Origin: a virus
Taxonomy: Duplodnaviria > Caudoviricetes
Length of the DNA: 64,000 bases
Reading direction: 5' to 3' (one strand)
IMG/VR virus record: IMGVR_UViG_3300021185_002017
Shown: piece after piece, positions 27,109 through 37,200 of the stretch
Numbering within the stretch: position 1 is the first letter of the stretch
Layout of the letters: every line of letters begins with the position of its first letter
The notes under the pieces: generated by a model
What the model was told of the DNA's origin: nothing
The model's database searches: none
What the model saw: only the letters and a program-made list of their open reading frames with translations
Position numbers and translations under genes: made by a program

Positions 27109-27136
27109 ATTATACAGTCATTATTAGTAAAGTCAA
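27109..27136 (-). promoter_or_regulatory. Host sigma70-type promoter for the gp55-gp47-gp46 operon
   Basis: TTGACT (27131-27136), 16 nt, TATAAT (27109-27114). Confidence 0.7.
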
Positions 27137-27183
27137 GTATTATTTACCCAGTTTCAGCAATTATAATGGTATATATTGAATCT

Positions 27184-27191
27184 GGTAAATA
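27184..27191 (+). promoter_or_regulatory. Late promoter variant (GGTAAATA)
   Basis: 18 bp upstream of the 27210 ATG (AGGAG RBS); a mirror copy lies on the minus strand at 27141-27148. Confidence 0.5.
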
Positions 27192-27209
27192 GTACTATAG
27201 GAGAAGATT

Positions 27210-27992
27210 ATGGCAAACAGCGGAACCGGCGGCAGCTTTTTAAAAGGACTCTCAAGAGCATCTTACTTAACAAGCCTAGCAACAGACTTAAATCAAATTG
27301 CTCAAGCGGGTACATCGCTTGGAGACCAACCTGGCATAACTACTGATGTAGACTGGAGAGCAAGACTTCGTCCAAAAAACGGCGGAAGAGACTTATTCTG
27401 GAAAGGTGCAGACGATAGTTTAACAGGCGATACTGATTATTTGCTAAAACCATTAAAAGAAGCCGGTGGCCTAATTTGGCAGTACACACCTGATATTTTG
27501 GTGAGTGCTCAAGTAAACTATAACCAAACAGACTTCCATGGGCAAAACTATCCTGTAATGACTTACAAAAACACTATACCACCTGCTATTCCTATAACAG
27601 CAGATTTTAGTGCTAACACAGTTCCAGAAGCAAGATACTTATTAGCAGTACAGCATTTCTGTAAAGTTGCAACTAAGTCGTTCGGTGGCGATGCCGCAGT
27701 AGCAAGTGGCTTCTATGGAACACCTCCTCCGGTACTATTGTTTGAATACTTAGGTCATCATGGCTTTAACAAAGTGCCAGTTGTACTAACATCATACAGT
27801 ATGAACTTACCAGCAGATGTAGACTATGTACCTGTGCGTACTGGTGTAAGAGGTGAAGAAACAACTTATGTACCAACGCTGATTAACTTCCAGCTCAACT
27901 TGCAACCAACATATACACCACACAAATTGCGTAAGAGATTTGACTTACAAGCATTTACTACAGGTAAAAATTACAAGGATGGATTTGTATAA
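27210..27992 (+). CDS. Tail tube initiator / baseplate protein (gp48/gp54-like)
   Basis: PPPVLLFEYLG...NKVPVVLTSYSMNLPADVDY tube-fold motif; heads the baseplate operon. Confidence 0.65.
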   Translation: MANSGTGGSFLKGLSRASYLTSLATDLNQIAQAGTSLGDQPGITTDVDWRARLRPKNGGRDLFWKGADDSLTGDTDYLLKPLKEAGGLIWQYTPDILVSAQVNYNQTDFHGQNYPVMTYKNTIPPAIPITADFSANTVPEARYLLAVQHFCKVATKSFGGDAAVASGFYGTPPPVLLFEYLGHHGFNKVPVVLTSYSMNLPADVDYVPVRTGVRGEETTYVPTLINFQLNLQPTYTPHKLRKRFDLQAFTTGKNYKDGFV

Positions 27993-28291
27993 TGGCTAAA
28001 TTTCACAGAGCAGATAGTTTCTTAAAACCAACAGGCGTGTATGACATCTTTTTAGATGTTAACAAATTACCTTCTGTGCCTAAGTTACCATCTGACGATA
28101 CATATATTATTGAAGCAAAATATGTTAACAGGTTAGACTTATTAGCATTTGACCAATATGGTTCCACTAGACTTTGGTGGATAATTGCTTTGAGAAACAT
28201 TGATATAATTAAAGATCCAACAAGAGATGTAACAGCAGGATTAGAAATATACTTACCTAGTAAAAACACAGCAGAAAGACTAGCAGGCTAA
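27992..28291 (+). CDS. Baseplate LysM-like protein (gp53-like)
   Basis: RLDLLAFDQYGSTRLWWIIALRN motif. Confidence 0.8.
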   Translation: MAKFHRADSFLKPTGVYDIFLDVNKLPSVPKLPSDDTYIIEAKYVNRLDLLAFDQYGSTRLWWIIALRNIDIIKDPTRDVTAGLEIYLPSKNTAERLAG

Positions 28292-28292
28292 T

Positions 28293-30749
28293 ATGGCGAT
28301 TGAACCAGCAGAACAGTACGATCCGTTTTTAAAGAAAAATGTATTCGGAAACATTCTAGATCAAGTTGACAATTATCAGTACAACTTAAAGTTATACATG
28401 ATACCTCCAGTTGGCCAACCAGTTGGCACACAGGCGTCAGCAGACGACCAAGGCGGCTCAACTGATGCTAGAGCAGACAAGCCTAGCAATGCAAAAAATA
28501 GTAGCGGACAAGGAGGCTACTTACAAAATTCATTAACAGCAAGTCCAGCAGAAACAATCATACTTGCCCAAACGGGTGTTACAGGAACTCAAATAGATAA
28601 CTTAGAAATTGAATCTGTAGTAGGCCCAGGTGGCGGAGTAGAGAATGCTAGAGTAAATTTTGATATTATTCAACCTGGTGCTGCAGACTTCCTAGATCAA
28701 ATGGTTGCTGCCAAGGCGTACTTAGGTGACCAAATTACTGCACAAGATGTTCCTATATTTTTAGAAATAAATTTTAAAGGTTATGCCGGCGATATCGATG
28801 ATGAGGATAACGGAGGTGAACCAATATTAGTAGCAGGCCCGTATAGGTACATGTTAAAAATCTCTAATGTGACTTTGGAGATTGACGAAGCAGGTAGCAC
28901 ATATCAATTTAGTACTGTACCAGTTGACCAGTTAGCATACATTGATACTAATTTTAGAATGCCAAAAAAACTAGAGTCAATAGGCACAACTATTGAAGAG
29001 CATGTTGAAGACTTAGTAGCAAAAATTAGAGAGCATAACGAAACAAACAATGACAAGTATTCAATACAAGATGAGATTACAATTGACTTGTCTGGATTAA
29101 CTGAAGGTGAAAGAGGTTTAAAAGATACCAAACTTACTAACACAGAAGATTCACGAGCGGAAGAAATTAACAGAATTATGAACCCTGAGCTAGAGGGTAA
29201 AACAGAAGACGAGTATGAAGACATTCTAAAAGATGCTACAAAGGATGAAGGTACACTTGATATTGTTGTGTCTGAAAACAAAGTAACAGTTAGAGAAGGT
29301 GTGTCTTTTGAAAGATACATTGCTACATTGCTTTCTATGAATGATGAGTTCTTTGCTAGATGCACAAGATCTATAAAAGCAGATGATCCTGCTAACAACG
29401 AAGTTAGAAAAGATCAAGCATTTATTGAATGGTTTAAATTAAATGCTTATGTAAAATACGCCGCATTTGATTACAAAAGAAATGCTTATGCAATGGAAAC
29501 AGTATTTAAACCAACACTGTTTAAAACAGCAAAGAATACAGTACAAGCAGACCCGGCAGAAAATTCAGGACTAACTGGCGATGATGTAAGAGCAAGAGTT
29601 GATGGCTTGCCTATATTTAAAGCATACCATTACTTGTACACAGGATTGAATGATCAAATTAAACAATGTCGTATCGATTATAAATCCGGTATTGCAATTC
29701 TCACAGCACCTGCAGGAGGTGTGTCAGGAGACTTTAGTACTGTTTTAGCAAAAACACTTAGTAATAGTGCTACACCTGATGAAGACTTATCAGGTAATGA
29801 CTTAGCAACTGCGGCTGTTAAAGCAGCCAATGAAGAAGATAGATCTAAAGCAATAGACAGTATGTTTAGCAAAAAGAACAGTAGCCCAGATCGTGAGAAA
29901 GATATTGCAGGTGTCGGTAGGATATTAAAACTATCTGATGCAGAAATAAAAGATGCTATAGAAAATAGAAACGGTGCCAATGCTAATAGAATCAAAGAAA
30001 CATTAAAAAACAAAGGTGCAGCCCAAGCAATAAGAAACGCACAGATTAATGCCGCAAGAACACCAGACGATCGTAAAAACCCTGATACAACAAACTATAC
30101 GCCTTCACTTAGCGGGTACACATATTCTGCAGACATCATTGGCAGTGTAAGCGACAGACTAGATCAAGCCGCGGCACTAACAGCCTCACAAGAACTTGCA
30201 GAGTCCTTAAAGCCAAAAGAGGAAGAAGATGCAAACGCTGATGCAAGTGGACCACAGGAATCAATTGTTGTTGCTTCTGTGCCAAACCCAGCAGAAGATG
30301 CAACTTATAATGGCACACCGAGAAACACAGTTTTTGGATATTTAATGCAACAACATGCTATTGATGATTTCCTTGTAACCCTTGATATGGAAATAAAAGG
30401 TGACCCATGGTGGTTAGGTCCTGCTTCTGCAGATAACCAGCCAGAGAAAAAAGGAAGCGAATTTGTTGAAGATAAAACTGATGAAAAAAGTATAAGAACT
30501 GCTGGTGATGAAAACTATGTATTATTTGATTTGCAAACACCGAGACTATACGACTTTGATGTAGACGACGAGGACAGTGATAGCAATAGCGGGTACTGGA
30601 GTAAAATGGGTACATCATATTTTATAACAGGCGTTTACCAAGTTAGAGGTGTTAACCATATGTTCTCAGGTGGAGAATTTTCACAGGAAGTTAGTATGAT
30701 TAGACAAACAGCAATAGACTTGAAGAAAACAGAGAAAGGTGCGGAGTAA
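28293..30749 (+). CDS. Baseplate hub protein (gp27-like)
   Basis: Located between gp53-like and gp5-like genes; C-terminal LDMEIKGDPWWLG...FITGVYQVRGVNHMFSGGEFSQ motif. Confidence 0.65.
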   Translation: MAIEPAEQYDPFLKKNVFGNILDQVDNYQYNLKLYMIPPVGQPVGTQASADDQGGSTDARADKPSNAKNSSGQGGYLQNSLTASPAETIILAQTGVTGTQIDNLEIESVVGPGGGVENARVNFDIIQPGAADFLDQMVAAKAYLGDQITAQDVPIFLEINFKGYAGDIDDEDNGGEPILVAGPYRYMLKISNVTLEIDEAGSTYQFSTVPVDQLAYIDTNFRMPKKLESIGTTIEEHVEDLVAKIREHNETNNDKYSIQDEITIDLSGLTEGERGLKDTKLTNTEDSRAEEINRIMNPELEGKTEDEYEDILKDATKDEGTLDIVVSENKVTVREGVSFERYIATLLSMNDEFFARCTRSIKADDPANNEVRKDQAFIEWFKLNAYVKYAAFDYKRNAYAMETVFKPTLFKTAKNTVQADPAENSGLTGDDVRARVDGLPIFKAYHYLYTGLNDQIKQCRIDYKSGIAILTAPAGGVSGDFSTVLAKTLSNSATPDEDLSGNDLATAAVKAANEEDRSKAIDSMFSKKNSSPDREKDIAGVGRILKLSDAEIKDAIENRNGANANRIKETLKNKGAAQAIRNAQINAARTPDDRKNPDTTNYTPSLSGYTYSADIIGSVSDRLDQAAALTASQELAESLKPKEEEDANADASGPQESIVVASVPNPAEDATYNGTPRNTVFGYLMQQHAIDDFLVTLDMEIKGDPWWLGPASADNQPEKKGSEFVEDKTDEKSIRTAGDENYVLFDLQTPRLYDFDVDDEDSDSNSGYWSKMGTSYFITGVYQVRGVNHMFSGGEFSQEVSMIRQTAIDLKKTEKGAE

Positions 30750-33172
30750 TGAGTATGAGCCGCAGAGATAGAGCAAGTAAGAAAAATCCTGTACTTAAAA
30801 AGAATATTAGTAAAGATGCAGTATTTGGAATATACCTTGCAGAAATAGTCTCAACAAAAGACATTAGCAGAACAGGCCGTGTGCGTGTGTTTGTTCCTGC
30901 AATCAGTAAAGATAAAAATTCCCCTGCAGGATATTTTGATGCAGTGTGGACTAGTCCGTTTGCTGGTAGCACAGACCCAAGGCAAGTAGGAACGAATGTA
31001 AAAGTACCAGAAGAAACAATGAGCAGTTACGGTTTATGGACAACAGTTCCAGATAACGGTAACTTAGTATTAATTGCATTTGGCGACGGTAATACAAAGT
31101 ACCCAATGGTAATGACTTGCTTGTTTGCTGACAAACTAAATTACAGTCTCCCTGGTAATGCAGGAGGCAAAACTTATCAAGCCGCAGGTCTAAAACTACC
31201 TACACTAGAAAAAAATAAGCGAACAGAAGATATCAACCACAACGATACTTTTAGACCAATACAGCATACATTAGCAGAACAAATTGTTAAGCAAGGATTA
31301 GCACACGACCCAATCAGAGGAGCCGGCTCTTCGAGTGCAAGAAGAGAATCGCCAAGCGAAGTATTTGGTTTACTAACACCTGGTCCTAGAGATGCAACTA
31401 ATTACAACCATAGACTTGGTGGTCACAGTATTACACTAGATGATAATTTAAATTCTAGACAAATAAGAATCCGTTCAGCACAAGGTAATCAACTATTATT
31501 AGATGATACAAGCGGAATGGTTTACTTGATTAATAAAGATGGTAATGTGTGGATGGAGTTTGCTTCATCAGGACATGTATTTTTGTACGCAGAAAACGAT
31601 ATTAGTATGCGAACAAAACGCAACTTTAATATACGAGCCGACAGTGATGTAAACATTGAAGCAGGACAGAATGTTAATATTAAAGCCGCAAAGGATACTA
31701 CCGGAGAAGAATATCAAAACGAAGGTAAAGGCACAGGCGGTGTAGTAAATATTGAGGCTTTAGCAGATATGAATTTACTTGCTGACTCTAATATTTTTGA
31801 AACAGCAGTTAAAGGCGAGATGCATCTTAATTCTGCAGGTTCAATAAAAGCAACAACTGGAGACAGTTTGCATTATAATGCTGCAAATGATGTAGCAACT
31901 ACAGCAGGTGGTAAAGTTACAACTGGCTCAGGCGGCGTGATAGTACTAGAAGCAGGTGGTAACATTGTAGAGAAAGCATCTAAAGTATTAATGAACAGCG
32001 GAGGCCCAGGTGCTGACCAATCAGAACAAGCAGATATAGCACAAAAAATTACTACAGATACTTTTGACGACAATCCTCTTGCACCACCCGCTTACAATAG
32101 AGGCGGAGAATCAGATATAACAAGTGGTAGCCGTGAAGGCCAAGCAGCAAGTATAACATCTATAGTTAGTACTTTTGTTACATCTGAACCTTTTGTTGGA
32201 CACGGGTTACCCAATCCTGCAAAAGACGATCAGGACAATATGGTACCAGACGAGTCAGTAGCAAAAGGACTAGCACCAAACAGCAATGGCGTTGCTGGTA
32301 GCGATCCAGCAGACATTAATTCACCAGCAGGATTACAAATAGGACAACAAGGCAAAGACGGACAACCTAAGTACACTAGTCCAGCACAGGTACAAAATAA
32401 TTTTACACAGGCATCTGCTAAAAAACTCGAAGCAAAAAATATGGCTAGTTTAACTAGTTCTCTTAGTTCTAGTATTCCAGCAGTGAGGACACCTACTATG
32501 TCACCTATGGGTGCAAAGAAATTAGGTATCAACGGAATGATAAATGATGCACAGGCTAAGGCTAAGATGATGGCGTTCGATAATAAAGGACTGCCAATGG
32601 ACTTAAAACAAGCAAACGCTGCTTCTATGATGAATAAAGTTAATACTGCAAAACTTGGAGGTACAGGTCCTGGGTTTGAGAAAGCATTAGCAGACGCAGG
32701 AATATCAGTAATCAAAGATGGTGCTTCTACTATATACTCGGGTGGTGGAGTAAACATGGTTGACTTACAAAACGGCATTGGCCCTGTTGGAACACAGATG
32801 CATGCCACTAGTAATTTATTAAGTACAGGTAAGTCTGTACAAGGAATGATACAAGGACCTGTAAGTGATAATCAATTTATGGCATTAACCAGTATGGCAG
32901 ATCATTGTGGAATTAAAAACTTTAGTAAGAGTAAAGTTCTTCAAGCAGTAAACACAGGCAATCATGGTTCTGTGCCTAACTTAATGATGAATCACAGTAC
33001 ATTAAATGTTGCGGGTGTTGCTACTGTTCAGCAAGATTATTATCAGAGAAGGCAGTTCGAAGGCGAATTGTATCAAACGCCTGATAACATAACACCTAAA
33101 GCATATCCTAATATTGTACCTTTTGGTAAACAGGCTAGTGATTTGAAAAAAGCCCGTAGAGGTCTAATTTAA
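30749..33172 (+). CDS. gp5: Baseplate central spike, gp5/VgrG-like, with lysozyme-like C-terminal lobe
   Basis: OB-fold D..RTGRVRVFVP...W.SP..G, GHSITLDD beta-repeat region, C-terminal NQFMALTS...SKVLQAVN.G...RRQFEGELY resembling the GH24 C-lobe. Confidence 0.8.
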   Translation: MSMSRRDRASKKNPVLKKNISKDAVFGIYLAEIVSTKDISRTGRVRVFVPAISKDKNSPAGYFDAVWTSPFAGSTDPRQVGTNVKVPEETMSSYGLWTTVPDNGNLVLIAFGDGNTKYPMVMTCLFADKLNYSLPGNAGGKTYQAAGLKLPTLEKNKRTEDINHNDTFRPIQHTLAEQIVKQGLAHDPIRGAGSSSARRESPSEVFGLLTPGPRDATNYNHRLGGHSITLDDNLNSRQIRIRSAQGNQLLLDDTSGMVYLINKDGNVWMEFASSGHVFLYAENDISMRTKRNFNIRADSDVNIEAGQNVNIKAAKDTTGEEYQNEGKGTGGVVNIEALADMNLLADSNIFETAVKGEMHLNSAGSIKATTGDSLHYNAANDVATTAGGKVTTGSGGVIVLEAGGNIVEKASKVLMNSGGPGADQSEQADIAQKITTDTFDDNPLAPPAYNRGGESDITSGSREGQAASITSIVSTFVTSEPFVGHGLPNPAKDDQDNMVPDESVAKGLAPNSNGVAGSDPADINSPAGLQIGQQGKDGQPKYTSPAQVQNNFTQASAKKLEAKNMASLTSSLSSSIPAVRTPTMSPMGAKKLGINGMINDAQAKAKMMAFDNKGLPMDLKQANAASMMNKVNTAKLGGTGPGFEKALADAGISVIKDGASTIYSGGGVNMVDLQNGIGPVGTQMHATSNLLSTGKSVQGMIQGPVSDNQFMALTSMADHCGIKNFSKSKVLQAVNTGNHGSVPNLMMNHSTLNVAGVATVQQDYYQRRQFEGELYQTPDNITPKAYPNIVPFGKQASDLKKARRGLI

Positions 33173-33354
33173 ATACTGCTTAGTTGTGTTAGTTCCGCTA
33201 ACCTTTTCCATGCCTTATACTTTGCTTCCTGTTCTTCTCTAACAGTTTTTTCCAGCATTTCAACTGTACTTTTTAAACCGTTTATTTCAGTTCGCTGATC
33301 ATGGATTGTTTGGTTTGCGTTCGAAAGACTTTCTTCTGCATTGTTGGTGTACAA
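33169..33354 (-). CDS. Small coiled-coil protein (61 aa, TTG start)
   Basis: GGAG RBS 6 nt before an in-frame TTG at 33354; the track's upstream ATG lies inside a hairpin. Confidence 0.55.
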   Translation of the reverse strand: MYTNNAEESLSNANQTIHDQRTEINGLKSTVEMLEKTVREEQEAKYKAWKRLAELTQLSSI

Positions 33355-33367
33355 CTTATTCTCCGAA

Positions 33368-33408
33368 TAAAAAAAATATGTGTGTAGTCGCCTACACACA
33401 TATTTATT
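33368..33408 (-). terminator. 14-bp-stem terminator overlapping a late-promoter motif
   Basis: AAATATGTGTGTAG-4nt-CTACACACATATTT (33374-33405) followed by a T run; AATAAATA at 33401-33408. Confidence 0.8.
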
Positions 33409-33419
33409 AGTACTTTGCT

Positions 33420-33674
33420 TTAACTGGCTTTTTGAACCATCTTTTCCATCACAATAAATTCATCTGGTTTGATGTTTTTATCGTAACGGTAATTACCTGC
33501 AAAGTTTACCGAGTCAAACAGTGCATACTGTTTTGTCACTGAGTCATATAGTCCAACAGTCACGAACCGCTTAGATTGCTGAAAGATGCGATGGAATCTA
33601 TGACGACCCTGCTTCTCATTAATCTTTACTGCTTGTGACCATAGTTGGTCAAACTCACGATTCAATTTAAACAT
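33420..33674 (-). CDS. Hypothetical early protein (84 aa)
   Basis: ORF with its own sigma70 promoter and terminator, antisense to the baseplate operon. Confidence 0.7.
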   Translation of the reverse strand: MFKLNREFDQLWSQAVKINEKQGRHRFHRIFQQSKRFVTVGLYDSVTKQYALFDSVNFAGNYRYDKNIKPDEFIVMEKMVQKAS

Positions 33675-33754
33675 TTCTGTCTACCTTGTTCGCTGTGTGG
33701 ATGTTATGTCCTAAAAGGACTGTTTCTGTAGCAGTCTTTTGCTACATTGTGTGT

Positions 33755-33782
33755 ATTATAGCACCTTATACACACTTGTCAA
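33755..33782 (-). promoter_or_regulatory. Host sigma70-type promoter with extended -10
   Basis: TTGACA (33777-33782), 16 nt, TATAAT (33755-33760) preceded by TGc. Confidence 0.8.
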
Positions 33783-33797
33783 CCTTTTCTTCTATTA

Positions 33798-33828
33798 TTA
33801 AAACTCTAGTTAAAGAATCAGATAAATA
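33798..33828 (+). promoter_or_regulatory. Late promoter with upstream dyad element
   Basis: TTAAAACTCTAGTTAA-N7-GATAAATA, just before the gp25 ATG. Confidence 0.75.
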
Positions 33829-33833
33829 AGAGT

Positions 33834-34202
33834 ATGGCTACAATATTCAGAGGATTCAGCACAGTAGATACAGTTAAAGCGCCATTCTCCTTATCGGACA
33901 TGGAATTAGTAAAACGCGATCTACTAAACGAGTTTAATACTCGTAAAGGTGAAAGAGTTATGCGTCCAAATTTTGGTTGCATTGTTTGGGATTTGTTAAT
34001 GAACCCAGAAGATACTTTTACTGAGTCAGATGTCAAGGAAGACATTGCTAGAATCATAGATAAGGATTCGAGGGTAGAATTAATTAATATTACACTGTTC
34101 ACAAGTGGACATGCTATTAGAGCTGAAGTAGAACTAAAGTATGTGATATTAAATAGCGAAGATACCCTATTCTTAGAATTTAAAAACGAACAGCAGGTAT
34201 AA
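33834..34202 (+). CDS. gp25: Baseplate wedge / sheath initiator, gp25-like
   Basis: LVKRDLLNEFNTRKGERVMRPNFGCIVWDLL motif. Confidence 0.92.
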   Translation: MATIFRGFSTVDTVKAPFSLSDMELVKRDLLNEFNTRKGERVMRPNFGCIVWDLLMNPEDTFTESDVKEDIARIIDKDSRVELINITLFTSGHAIRAEVELKYVILNSEDTLFLEFKNEQQV

Positions 34203-34205
34203 TAC

Positions 34206-37200
34206 ATGGCATTGGTAAACAGACAAAATAACTTATTCGCTGCAGAAGATTGGAAAGTAGCGTACAAAGCATACAGTGAAGTAAACTTCCAAGCATATGA
34301 TTTTGACACTATTAGATCAGCTCTAGTAGAGTATGTGCGTGTAAACTACCCAGAAACATTCAATGACTACATTGAGAGTTCAGAATTTATTGCTATCATA
34401 GAATTGTTAGCATATCTTTCGCAGTCCTTAACATTCAGAATGGACTTGAACAGCAGAGAAAACTTTTTAGAAACTGCTGAAAGAAGAGACTCAGTATTTA
34501 AACTTGCAAGACAGTTAGGCTACAATCCACGCAGAAATATTCCTGCAAGAGGCTTAATGAAAATTGTTGCAGTTAGAACTAACGAACCTATCACAGACAG
34601 TTTAGGCAACGAGTTAAATAACACTAACATTTTTTGGGACGATGCAAATAACGCAGACAGTTACGAGCAGTTTATTACTATTCTTAACTCTGCAATGAAT
34701 TCCTCAAACAGATTTAGCACACCAACTAAAAGCGGAATGATTGATGGCATACAAACAGATTTGTACGAAATCAATTCTCCATTAACTGCTCCTTTAGCAT
34801 ATGACTTTGATTTAACAGTCAGCGGAGTACCTAGAACATTCCAAGTTGTGAATCCTACTTTTAAGCAAGGTACATTTGAGGAACTACATCCAGACAAATT
34901 AAATAACTTTAACTTAGTTTACAGAAATGACGGCACAGGTATTAGTAGTGTAAACTCTGGTTTCTTTGTAATGTTCAAGCAAGGTAGATTGCAGTCATCA
35001 GATTTCAATTATTCAGATCCTATACAAAGTAGAACACAAGAAATTAATATTCAAAACATCAACGAAACAGATGTATTTGTACAAGAGATTGATGGTACTG
35101 GTGCAACACTTGCAAAATGGACACAGATTCCTAACACTGTAGGGCAAACACTAAACTATAATGATTTAGCATTTGGTGTTAGAACATTGTATGCAGTTGA
35201 GAATTTAAACAATGCTGGTATTAAAATAAGATACCCAGACGGAAACTTTGGTGATCTTCCATTTGGAACATTTAGAACATATTACAGAACAAGTGACCCA
35301 GAGTCATTTGCACTTGCACCAGAAGATGCAAGAAACATTAAAGTAACTATCCCATACCAAAACGAAGCAGGTGTTAGTTTTAACTTAACTGTGACATTTA
35401 GTTTGCAGGAAACAGTTAACAACAGTTTAGCACCAGAGACACTTACTGCTATTAAGCAAAGAGCTCCTCAAGTTTATTATACACAAAATCGTATGGTAAG
35501 TGCTCAAGACTATAACATATTCCCTTTTAGTCAAACAACTAATATTTTAAAACTAAAAGCAATAAACAAAACACATGCTGGGCATAGTCGTTACATTGAT
35601 ATTAATGATCCAACAGGCACATTCCAAAACTTGGAAACTTTTGCCAATGACGGTTCGTTGTATATTGAAGATGTTCCTGGAACAACAGGTATTACAATCA
35701 GTGACGACAACACAGTTGCAGCAGTTGTAAACTTTACAATTCCACAAATACTAAAAGATAGAAACTTAAATAACTTTGTGTATGAGCAATACAGAGATAC
35801 ATCAGAGTTGTATGATATTAATCGTTTCTCTTTAGATACTAAAAATGCTATATGGAAGTCGTTACCAGTTGTACTAGGAGAAAGTGCAACAGGTTATTTC
35901 CATGAAACTATTTCTAGTGGCGATAGCACAGTTGATGTATTAGATAGACAATTCAAATATGAAGGCGGAGTAAATGACGGCGTTCGTCCTTTTAGAATGT
36001 TTACTGAAAATAACTTTATAAAATTTATAGACCCAGACGATGCTACAAAGTATGCATGGGCAAGAATAACTGGTGTTGCAAATGATGGTAAACTACATAG
36101 TGGATTAACTACAGCAACAGGACCAATTAGTTTAAGTACACCTGTACAAGACGGCTGGAAAGCTGCAGAATACATTGCTACAATGCGTAAAGTACTTGTT
36201 ACTTCAGAAGTAGCGGCAGTGTCAGCAGAGATGGCAGCTAAAAGATCATTTGGAATGGGTTATGATTCAGATGTAGACGAATGGTACATTATACAATATC
36301 AAAATTTAGACAAAACTGGAAAGTGGTCATTAAACAATGCTCGTTCTAATAACGGAGTACAACTAGATTCTAGTTGGTTATTACTTTTTGATTACAGTGC
36401 AATTGACTCACTAACTTACAAGTATGTTGTTAGTTTAAGAGGTCAGCAGTATGTTGTACAAAGCAAAAACGATTTAAAGTTTTACAATATTAACAATGTT
36501 AAAGTTGCTGACAGCAGTAACCAATCTAGCAGAGACTTAATTCAGTTTACAACATTAAACTCTAAGCCAGGTAGTGCAGAAGTATTTACATGGGCACCAG
36601 CAACAGCAGGACTTGCCAATCGTTGGGTCAGTGATGAGACAGGAGAAAAATATACTCCTAACAGTTATGATCCTGGTATACCTTTGAGAACACGATCTGC
36701 TAAATGGCATGACATAGATATAGATTACTTAACAAGTGGTGGTATTTACAGAGATGGTAACAGCACAGCAAATGTTTTTGTTAACAGTACTACAGTATCA
36801 TTAAACACATATTTTGACGATGGATACTTAGGTTCACCAACAACAAGTAATGTTACTATTGCAAATAACAGTGGTAAGATTAATTCGTTACCTTCTAACA
36901 TTACTATACCTTTTAATAATACAACATTTGGATATAATATTTTAAGTGGATTAGGCGAAGTTGTTTACAGAGATTATAACACTGGTACTTCTAGAGACGA
37001 AACATTTAGAGCTAATGTTACATTAGGCACATACAGTTATGGGCCAACTGATAGTTCAAACACAGGCGTTACCGGCAGAATTTTATTAGCAAATGCTAAT
37101 GTAACTGCTGAAACAGGTAATTTAATTATTACTAATATGTTTGCAAACAAGTATACAAATGCAGCAGATGCAACTGGTCAAATAACACAAGATAGAATAG

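Noticed and set aside
33355-33399. Track start MCRRLH of the 76-aa ORF
   Set aside because: Lies inside the terminator hairpin; GGAG plus TTG at 33354 is the better start.
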